Assembly (NCBI GenBank): GCA_044892525.1
Contig: CM097885.1
Span: forward strand, 21,640,001-21,704,000
Length of the DNA: 64,000 bases
Origin: Schmidtea polychroa
Taxonomy: Eukaryota
Direction of reading: 5' to 3'
How positions within the stretch are numbered: the first letter of the stretch is position 1; every line of letters starts with the position of its first letter. This document shows positions 23,320 to 64,000 of this stretch, piece by piece. Below the pieces are notes generated by a model, which made no database searches, was not told the DNA's origin, and was given only the letters and a program-made list of their open reading frames with translations. Made by a program: the position numbers and the translations under genes.

Positions 23320-23950
23320 CCAAAACAAGTATATGCTTTATCATTTGATATAGATGAGTCTTGCGATATAAATGACAAGGCACAAGTTACCCTTTTCGTT
23401 AGGTATATGTCGTCCCAAGGTCCATAAGAAGAAAGGCTAGGTTTGCTTCCGCTCTCAGGACAAACTCGTAGAGAAGATGAAGCAAAATTTGTACAAAATT
23501 TGAACTTCATGATAGATACTACAATGAAACTAAATGAACTAAATCTAAAACTGCAAGGAGTGGGCAACCCAGCCAACGCATTGCTTGAAGAAGTAGTTAG
23601 TTTCGAAAAAAATTACTTCTTTTTTTGACATGGAGAGCGGTAAATTACTTCATTTTAAAAATCTGAAGCAATATCGTGATGAGACCAATTATTGACACGA
23701 ATTACTTAGTTTTAAAAAACATGAAGGATTCCTTCATTTCAAAACAAACAAAAGTACTCTCGTGTTCATAGTAATCCTCTCAACACAAATGCAAATGAGA
23801 TCAACATTGAGCCATTTGGAATTGATACTGGACAATTCAAATGCAATTGATAGATTTGAAAACCAAAGATTTGAGGAGTGAGAAGTTCACCGAACTCAAA
23901 ACCAGGTTGGAAAAGTTGGAGGTCCAGAAATGCATGGACATCGAGCCAGA
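23320..23950 (+). pseudogene. hAT transposase remnants (GTF2IRD2/Buster-like)
   Basis: LSFDIDESCDINDKAQVTLFVRY (first catalytic D), LLPLSGQTR and LNFMIDTTMKLNELNLKLQG, with internal deletions and stops. Confidence 0.85.
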
Positions 23951-24226
23951 TTTTATCAAACTTTGGAAAGGCATGCAAAGCCAATGATCCTATTGATGTA
24001 TCTATCTATATTTGGATTTTTCTATGAGTAAATATTATTTCGTATTTGAAGCCGTTTATTTTAAATCAAAAATCAAATATATATAATATTGTAAAAAAAA
24101 TTTTTTAGTGGCTCTTTAAAAACTAAGAAATTTTGTAAATTCTAACTTTTGACTTTTCCATTTCACTAGATTGCCGACCCCTGTCATAGGTTATTATAGG
24201 TAATTATCATTAATTGTAGGTATAAT

Positions 24227-24464
24227 CAGTGGCGTAACTAGTGGACGCAGGACCCTGCGTTGCGGGGGCCCAAAATTATTACTAAAAAAATATTTACAAT
24301 CATTTTCTGAAACTTTTTTCCCGCAGTTATATTTGCCTACAAACATAAAACTATCATTGAATAGCGGCTGCTGTGAATAACTATGTATTAAATTTTAACC
24401 GAAAAATTTAAGTGGAAATATTTTACATTGCGCAGGGGGCCCAAATTTTGAAGTTCCGCCACTG
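24227..24464. mobile_element. hAT-type MITE
   Basis: Perfect TSD GGTATAAT (24219-24226 / 24465-24472). TIRs CAGTGGCGTAACT / AGTTCCGCCACTG. Confidence 0.9.
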
Positions 24465-25222
24465 GGTATAATAATATATAAAGGTAATAATTGTCAGAAA
24501 TTGAATTTTTGGTGAGATAGTTAAGAAGAAACTTGATAGTAGGAAAGAGGAAAGGCTTTTTAATTGGGAAATAAATCAAGGAGAGAAGATAATTATCATA
24601 AACTATGCAGACTTTTGACATCTGACCGCAATGTTGACCAGTAAATTACAACTTGTATTTGGTGAAGTCTGCATTTTGTTTATAGCTTGTAATAATAATA
24701 ATATACATTGAGAATGTTGATTCTTATTTAGTGAATACGAGGAGTCAGATTTATAATTTTTTGTAAGAAAAGTCAGAGATCAAATCTATAATTACGTCTT
24801 AGCTCCGTTTCCATAAAATATCCCATAAAAAAATTATTTTCTTAAATAACCCCCTCTCCCTCTCAGAACACTATTCTAAAGCTACAACTCGACTTTCGGT
24901 TATTTTAGTGAATATCTATGTAAAATAGTAAAAACGGTTTTGTAAGTAATAAATACATTTTAGAGTGAGCAGAAGTATTATTTTTTTATAAATCGTGAAA
25001 TTAAAACGATTTTGAGATTAATTAAATAATTGTAATAAACTTATTTTAATATTTGTAATTAATTCGAGAAAATTTTGTTTACTGTTAAAAATTGAATTAC
25101 ATTAAATTACATTAAATGAAATATAATTAAGAGTCTATAACAATTAATTTTTTTGTAGTAGTTAAATAAGTTGAATGAGTTTACGAAAAAAGAATAAATT
25201 TAATGTTATTCCTAAACTTTAA

Positions 25223-27373
25223 CCCTGCAGAGCGCGCGCTAAAAAAATTACATGGATGCGCGCGTTGGGTCTCAGACCCAATATTGTTTTCTCATGATTT
25301 ATAGACTTATTGATTGGCAAAATAAAGCAATATTAAATTTTAAAAGATTTATTACTTTATAAACAAGCTTTTACATTCAAAATATTCAACAATTTATGAA
25401 AAAACACAGGAAAGAATTATTCATTGCACAAAAGAAACTGCATACTGTGAAGCAAGCTATTGATCATCAGAAAGACACTGTTCGCAAATAAATTTAGCGT
25501 GTTTTAAACACAAATACTTGTGGCACGTGGTACAGAAGTATTTAGTCTTTCTGTCTCTACCCTGGCATTTATGACAACGCCCTCGTTTGCCAACTGAGGG
25601 GGCCTCATTTTGTACTTCTGTGTTTGTTACTTTGGACAATTTCTGTCGCAGTTGCTTTGGCAAGGTTACGATACTGGATCTTTTCTTGACGTGATCGTCA
25701 ACTAATTCTAGATACAATTTCTTCAGAAATGTTCGTCTTTGCATTGGTTTATTTCCATTTTTGCAATAAATAATAAACCCATTGACACCTGCGATGTTTA
25801 GTAAGCGATAAAATATGACCATCGACCATCGTCTGGTGTTTCTAGCACAATTGTAAAGGGATGACATTTGATCTACAGTGTCCACTCCTCCTTTTGTAGC
25901 GTTGTAGAAAGTTATTATTTCTGGCTTACGAGCGTCTCCTGTCTCCTCGTCAATATTGTCATCATTGTGAAGTGTAGAAAGTACCAAAACATTCTTCTTC
26001 TTTTTAGGAATATAAGAGACTAAAGTGCAGTTATCCTCAAAGCCAAACAAACTTATTTTTTCTTCTCTGCCTCGAAGGTTCAGGAATTCAGGAGGAATTT
26101 GTCTTTTGTTTTCCCTCAAAGTGCCAACAACTGTTATTTTATGCCTAAGCATTCTTTTAGATAAATCATAGCTAGTAAACCAGTTATCCAAGGTTATGTT
26201 TCTCCATGTTCCGAGTATACTACTGCACACCCGTTCAACAACATCACCAGGACTATTACTAACTTTATAGGGTCCATCCGGTTGCGTTCCGACATAGAAC
26301 TCAATCTTACTTGTGAAGAAAGTTTGCGCATCCACTAAAACAAAAAGCTTGATCCCATATTTATCAGGTTTAGATGGAATATATTGTCGAAAACTGCATC
26401 TTCCTCGAAAACCAGCTAACATTTCATCAACGGTGGCATATTCGGAAATAGAATAAGAATTCTGACAGTTATTTACAAATATTTGAAATATCTCTCTGAT
26501 TGGGGCTAGTTTGTCACTCTTCAGCTTTTCACTTCTTGTCGTTTTGTCGTCGAACCTGATGCACTGGAGAAGGAATTTGAATCGTCGTAATGACATAGTA
26601 GTATGAAATATATCAACACCTGTTTCATCTTGCTCCCACAGATCTTCCAAATTTTGTCTTCCACTCTTGTGTACCGCAGCGAGGTAAAGTAGTCCAATCA
26701 AAGCGGACGCTTCTTCTTTTGAAGTGTTTTTTGCATCTCTATCTCTTGAACAGCTTGCCTTATTTTTATTTATATATATATTCGTGCATTCCACTAAGAT
26801 ATTCATGATACTTTCATCAAAAAAACAGCTTCAACAATCCTTTGGAGATTTAGCATGTTTGGCAGAGCCCTTCACACCAGTTGGTTCCGTAATAATGTTG
26901 TGAGCGCGAGTTCTAACATTTGCTCTGAATTTCCTTTTTTTCCAAACTGTCTCACCATCTTTACCAGTATAGTAGTCTAAACCATCTGTATCCAACTCAT
27001 CCTCAGAAGCTACGTCACTCATTTCTTGTTCAGTATCAGTAGATTCACGTCTAACCTCCAAATTGTCTTCCTCAACTGCGTCACTATCATCATCAGTTTC
27101 ATCAGAACTCACAACAATTGTCTCCAGTAGCTGTCGGATTCTTACGTTTTCTTTTTCAACTGGATCCATGATTATTTTATTTTCAAAAATAATAAAGACT
27201 GTTGTCTAAAATTATAATGATTTAATAATGTATTAATGATTTTGGTCGAAATTAAAGTAAAGCTGAAATGAATCAGCTACAGAATGTTCTGAATTGATGC
27301 TACGCCACAAAAAATTTTTTTACGCAAAAAAAGATCGTCTGGGTCTGTGAGACTCAACGCGCCCTCTGGAGGG
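25223..27373 (-). mobile_element. Full-length piggyBac transposon
   Basis: TTAA TSDs at 25219-25222 and 27374-27377. CCCT... TIRs plus a subterminal GCGCGTTG(G/A)GTCTCA repeat. Contains the transposase. Confidence 0.95.
25457..27169 (-). pseudogene. piggyBac (PGBD4-like) transposase, ~570 codons, one in-frame stop
   Basis: ORFs 27169-26831 and 26806-25457 are in the same frame, separated by a single TGA. DDD triad (TVDE, TLDNWF, GGVDTVDQ) and C-terminal Cys-rich domain are intact. Confidence 0.92.
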
Positions 27374-27377
27374 TTAA

Positions 27378-27699
<322 letters not shown>

Positions 27700-27729
27700 T
27701 GAAAATCGCAAATAAGTATATAAGTTATC

Positions 27730-28340
27730 ACCAATGAAGGATGAAATGGTTTTGTTAAAACTGTTGAAGGAATTATCAGATAAGAAACATATGGACGTTG
27801 ACTTGGCTAAGTCTATTACTTTAATTTACAACGTTGAATTTGAATTTTCTTTTTAACAATGAGTAGTATAAACATGTTGATGGCGTTGCTATAAGTTCCC
27901 TATTGGCTCTAACAATGGCGTCTATTTTCGTGTCAAGTTTAGAAAAGAAAATTTAATCATATAATTTAACTCAACCAACTGTGTATAAACGTTATATTTT
28001 TTTATATTAGAGGATCGTGAGCATGTAAGGCCTTTCTTAGATTATATTAATGATTTGCATATGAATATTAAATTTATGTGTGAAGAAGAAAAAGTTTCTA
28101 TGATACTGCTATTGAAATTGCTTATTCAACGGGATGAAAAAGACTATCAGACTGAAATATACAGAAAAGCGACTGATACTAGTCTTTATACTACTCTTTA
28201 GAACTATTGTGAATTAATACAAGCAAAATATGGTGAGAGGATTAGTTTTTCGTGCATGGTCTATCATCCACGTTTATCAATTCAGTGAAAAGTATTGATT
28301 CTCTGGTTGTGTTGCTTCTTAAAATGGATATTCTAAAACC
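27730..28340 (+). pseudogene. Penelope-like element reverse transcriptase remnant
   Basis: VDGVAISSLLALTMASIF (GxAMGSPLxP), YKRY, FLDYINDLHMNIKFMCEEE and TEIYRKATDTSLY, with many stops and frameshifts. Confidence 0.75.
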
Positions 28341-29246
28341 CTAACAAATATACAATTTTCTCATTAATTCAAAATTGTGTGATATAGTGCCTCCATATAT
28401 ATATAATCAAAAATAAAAACGTTTTTGTGTTTGAATAAATAGAAAAGCGAAACAAGTATCTTTTCAAAATGCAAAGAAGGTCTTATATCAGATAAAATAT
28501 TTATTCAGATCTTTGTAATTTTATTTCTCCTCTCGATATGTGCTTATTTTTCATCTTGATGTTTATTTATAGAATTGAATTTATATCGCTTTTACCTGTT
28601 TATTTTGACTGTGTGCCTCGAGTAAGTGTGTACCCATTCATTGAACAGTGCATACATTTCTGCTTATAGCAGATTGAATTTGGTAATGGTGTATATAATG
28701 AAACTCTAATCGTAAGGACTTTGGAGAAATAAGTCGGTAACACAACTGCAACACGATGAAAATACCAAATAAACAGCTAAATATTGAGAGAATATAACAT
28801 CAAAATGAGAGAAATTAAAAATAAATTAAATTAAACAGCAAGATCAGGAAGTATTTCATGTAGTGTCTCTGACTCCCACTTTTATCAACTTAATAATTGA
28901 ACTTAAAATATATTATTGAATTAATTAAATTTAAATTAAATAAATTGTAATTAAATCAAATTAAAATCATTGTTTAAATAATCTTCACTTTTTCCCCTAA
29001 AAATCAAAATCAATATAAAAAACAATTTATGAGTCATTCAACTTCCCAAGCATTAAATTTCATAAGAACTGATAAAAAAATATGCCAGACAGAAACTGAA
29101 GCCTCAGCGTCGATTCCTCTACAATTTCTCAGAAGTTTCATGTCTCCTTCATTCGAAATTGTTTGCATTCATTTACCTTGAAACTCTTGTTAAGAACTTA
29201 CCTAACCAATTGATAATTGTCATCATTTTCTGTTTTCTTCTAGATC

Positions 29247-29528
29247 ATGTCAACAAATTCACCTACAAAACCAATCAAGCCTTGTCTTTCTTGTTCCGGC
29301 AAGAATATGAGTATTAAGACGATGCAGGCCGAAATCGGACTATTGAAGCACAATATAGATCACCTTGAGTGGACCTGGTTTGCCCCTGTTCAGATGAAAG
29401 AGATGCAGAACAAGATGGCAAGGAGTGAGCATTATCGCGATAGCATAATCGAGGAAAGTAGGTCTTTACGGCTACTCACAAAGGAGCAATCGGAAGCGCT
29501 CCACAAGATTACATCCAGTCATCAGTGA
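29247..29528 (+). CDS. Orphan 93-aa ORF in a GC-elevated island (CxxC plus coiled-coil-like region)
   Basis: Preceded by a polypyrimidine/AG acceptor. GC content is higher than the flanks over 29240-29820. No family recognised. Confidence 0.3.
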   Translation: MSTNSPTKPIKPCLSCSGKNMSIKTMQAEIGLLKHNIDHLEWTWFAPVQMKEMQNKMARSEHYRDSIIEESRSLRLLTKEQSEALHKITSSHQ

Positions 29529-30272
29529 CCAAAAGATCATGAGCATACCCATTGAAATGGCCGATAACGTTTTCCCCCTGCATCATCGACGTCAGGATTA
29601 TGTCCACGTACCAGCGGAAAGGCGTGCCAGGGATGTGTAAAGACCGCTCTCTCACCTTCCCCTTCTAAGATTCTCATCACCGGCACCAATGGGGTATCGT
29701 CTAAACCAGCTCAACAGTCAAGCGTAAACTAACTACCATTCCTGATTAGATACTTTCATGGCATAGGTCGGAGCTGATGGATGGTAGGAAAGGTCCCGTA
29801 ATGATTTGATCTACTCGAATCGATTTCTAACTGATTTTTCTCATTTATTACCATTTTTCTAAGTTTAACTATCCGATGTTAACAAATTCTGTTGTGTATA
29901 TAATTTAAATATCTTAGAGTCGTTAAATTTCCTTAGACTAAGATAGTTCAACGAGAATTCGCTGAAGGGATATGTAAAGGGTTACCATCAACCACAGTAG
30001 AGTATGACAAGACATAAGCTCTTCTATCGGCAGTCAGGATTGAGAAGTGGAAGTATCATGGAGGAATAGTCCTAAGTTAAGGGCTATCCTGCTACATGAT
30101 GTTTCGCCGACTTGGAACAGTACCAACGTGATGTGAATCACAAGTGTCATGTCGTTGAGAGTATTCATTTAGAGACCAATTAGGCTTCGACAAAAAGCTG
30201 AGATTGCAGTGTTAGTAAGAGACATTTATCCTCTAGGTATGTATTAGTCACATGTCGAACTAGTGACGCTCC

Positions 30273-30345
<73 letters not shown>

Positions 30346-30348
<3 letters not shown>

Positions 30349-31040
30349 TTGATGAAAACTTAAATGAATTCTTTGTCTATAGTAAGTGGTATTCCGACAC
30401 ACTACATGAATTATATATTATAATTTAAAAGAAATCAAAATATCATTAAATTTTTATAATGCAATATTTCCTGGAATGAAAGGTATTAACCGAATACACT
30501 GAAAGTTTCCTGCAGTAAAAATCGCAACAAATAATGACTGAAGATGCCAACAAATTAAGATCAAATTGATTAAAACTCATAAATATGAAAAAAAATGTTG
30601 GAGTGAAACTTCCTAAAATAAAAGATAGTTGATACAGATCATGGGGAGATATATCATTTATAAATGACCATTAAAAAAGAAATATGAAAAATCAGTGGCT
30701 CAAAAATGACCACAAAGGAACTGCATAATTAAAAGCAGAATTGTTCCAGGTTCTAAAACAACCGTGAAGTATAAAGTTGCCCAAGTCTTCTTCATCACAT
30801 AAAACTTTATGCCTGGTAAATTCTAAACGAACGCAGTTACAAAGAAAGAAAAAACAAGTGTTTTGTGCCAAATAAACAAAGCAATTGAAAATGCAGCAGA
30901 AGCATTTAGTTATTATATATTTTGATATAAAAAATGTTTGATTTACAAAGTCTTTGATGCATTTTATTGAAACAAGATATGAAAACCAAAAAATTGATTT
31001 AGCCAAGACACGTGCCTCTACATTTGCACTGAATCCCATG
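30346..31040 (+). pseudogene. Tc1/Tc3-like transposon remnant inserted in (TA)n
   Basis: TA|CAGTTG start after (TA)n. Fragments TA*LKAEL, TQLQRKKKQVFCAK and VIIYFD loosely resemble the Tc3 HTH2 and VIFSDE regions. Confidence 0.4.
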
Positions 31041-31341
31041 TATCGCGTTTTAGTAGTTTGGAACTATAGTATTTAACTATTTTATGCATATTTTTTATTT
31101 TAATATAATATTTTAATTAAATATTAAATGTTACAATATAGTAAAATCGACTAACTTTTATTTAAAATTACACACATTTTATTAGTTTTTAATTTGAAAA
31201 GAATTAGAAAAATGAATATAATTCTATATAATTCTTATAATTCTATCTAATTTAATTTTATTTCTTAATAGCTATTATTGCACATTTGTTTTATTTTATA
31301 AATTTAAAATAACGAAATTTAATTTTCATGCAAATATTCAA

Positions 31342-61826
<30,485 letters not shown>

Positions 61827-63122
61827 GTGAGTATACGATAATTTTTATAATTAATGTTGAAATTATTTCATTATATTAAAGAAGTATTTATTATTAATTA
61901 ATATTATCGATTTCTTATATATTAATTTCAGATTATAGATCAATATTTTCATTTAAATAAATTAATAAAAAATTGATTTATATATTGAACACTTGATTAC
62001 TAAATTGCGGATTTATCCGAATACTATTGAATAGACCTTTGTTTTTACTTTTATCAACCTTTCTGGGGAAATTTCTTTTTTAATATATTCTGAATGTATT
62101 ATTTAAAAGCATGATTTTGATATATTTACTGATTCCTAGTCAAGTTTTTAATAAATACAATGGAAAAGAAATCAGTGGTGAAATTTGAAAAAAATAATGT
62201 ATTATGTTCATATATTGTCGTTCTACGCGTGTTTCAAAATTTTCCAAGAATTTGTTATCGAAAATTAGTCTGGCTCTTAAAATCACCTTACTGGTACAGT
62301 AAGTGTCATTTTTTCGACCATTACCTACTTGGTATTATGGAGGAATTTCAGAGGGTAAGAAAAAATACAATATATACATAGAACATTTGGTCTTACTCGA
62401 ATCAATAAATAATCCTTGCGCAATGGTAAATCATAATATTCATATGTAAATATAAAAATAATTTAATATCATTTTTTTACTTATATTTTTTAAAAGATAA
62501 AACCGGAATAATTGTTGCATTATTTTTTTCCTTTTCCCTCATTTTATCCTTTCTTACTTTTTCAATTTTATCCTGAAGGCTAATAAAGACGAAGGAGAAA
62601 CTGAATAAAAACATATAGAAAATTCACCGTTATATCTTTAACTTTTTTTGGCAGATAATTGACACATTTCCTGACTTTTTATGAAATTTAATTCAATCCA
62701 TTACAAGATATATTTTTATTCCAAGGTTTTCTGAAAATCGACTATTTATAAGGTATAGTAAAGTATAGTATACTTAATTTGTTTATTTGAATTTTTTACT
62801 ATAAAGTCTTTCAATGTATTATATATGCAAAAATGTCATTTCACACCAAATTCCATTTTATTGTGCGTCTTCAAATGTTTCTTTGTCTCTCATGATGAAT
62901 GTATGTTCATAACATTTCAATAAAAAATTTAGCCGGAATTAAATTCGAAAATTTCAACTATTATCATTTATTAACTTTTTTTATTAATTATTATTATTAT
63001 TATAAACAATAGTGATAATATAAACCTTTTGCTGCTAATAATGTATTTAATGAAAAACCCTTATGTTATCACTATTGTTTTTAATAATAAATGATGCTAC
63101 CAAGAAATCATCACTTTATATA

Positions 63123-63201
<79 letters not shown>

Positions 63202-64000
63202 GTATTAGTATTAGTATTAGTATTAGTATAAACATACTGCACTATTGATTTCTAATTCTAATTATATAAATTTCCAATTATAATGTGTTTCAATACAAAT
63301 TTATTTCATCAATATGAATTATTCAAACAAATTATCTGTCTTTAATTTCAATATTATCAACAAAGGTGATATTCAAATTTCTCGCATACAAATACGGTAA
63401 AAAGGTTTTTAAATACGTTTATTCTTCTTTCCACTGTATATCTAATTATCGACTGTTTTCTTTTTCTTTATTCCTTGTTATTTATTTACATCATTTTATT
63501 TACAATATTAGTAATTGAAATTAAAAAATTTGTAAAAAAACATTTTCTATAACTTTCATTTATATTTATCCCTAAGATACTATCAGCTTTTAATAACACA
63601 AGTCTTCCTTTTATAGTATTAAATGTCAATTTTATTGTCTATTTCATCTTCAATTGAATCAGTAACTAACTTCGCTTTTAAAATGACATTTTGCGGTGTA
63701 CAAAATCATTATATATGTCATACAAACTATTTTACTGTCAATCAAACATTTTTTTATAAAGGACGTTCACATTCAAAACAAATTTGTATTATTACATAAA
63801 TTTATTATTTTCTCAAAAGTTTCTTTCTATCCTTTCGTATAAATATTTCAAAACTCTAAAAATGAACAAGTTAAAACTGGTATTGAATATTATAATTTTC
63901 TTTTTTGCCTTGTTCTCATTGCATGCTGATAATAATAAATAATTAAAACTGTATTTGAAATAAAACGTATTTTAGTTGTGTTACGTTCCTACCTGGATTC

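Larger units (their letters stand above)
18913..24183 (+). mobile_element. hAT (Buster/Charlie, GTF2IRD2-like) element shell containing Polinton/adintovirus genes
   Basis: TIRs CAAGGGTCGGCAACCT / AGATTGCCGACCCCTG. 8-bp TSD TTATAGGT (18905-18912) vs TCATAGGT (24184-24191). hAT transposase remnants at 23320-23950. Confidence 0.8.

Noticed and set aside
21953..23576. Minus-strand ORFs 21953-22285 and 23031-23576
   Set aside because: Antisense shadows of the plus-strand PLA2, integrase and hAT frames.

Overview
Very AT-rich invertebrate (metazoan) nuclear DNA with many ~45-55 bp introns, long (AAT)n/(TA)n microsatellites and dense transposon debris; I cannot name the species. There are two host genes. 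One is an intact 4-exon melatonin-receptor-like GPCR (minus strand, 6316-16979, 333 aa). The other is the 5' and middle part of a multi-exon PI4KA gene (plus strand, from 31342, running off the window before the kinase domain). Main unusual observations: (1) a hAT shell (TIRs plus 8-bp TSD, 18913-24183) filled with a Polinton/adintovirus module (major capsid, PLA2-like protein, integrase), preceded by a cluster of short Pol III-type units; (2) a 3.2-kb non-autonomous Polinton in a GPCR intron carrying what folds like a circularly permuted SRP Alu domain; (3) three separate 28S rDNA fragments in PI4KA introns that all break at the same peptidyl-transferase-centre site, one of them abutting the 3' end of an RLE-type non-LTR retrotransposon. 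Also present: a near-intact piggyBac, remnants of Penelope, mariner/Tc1/pogo, Merlin and Zator-like elements, and many MITEs. All alignments and folds were done by eye and family assignments are from recalled motifs, not database searches.
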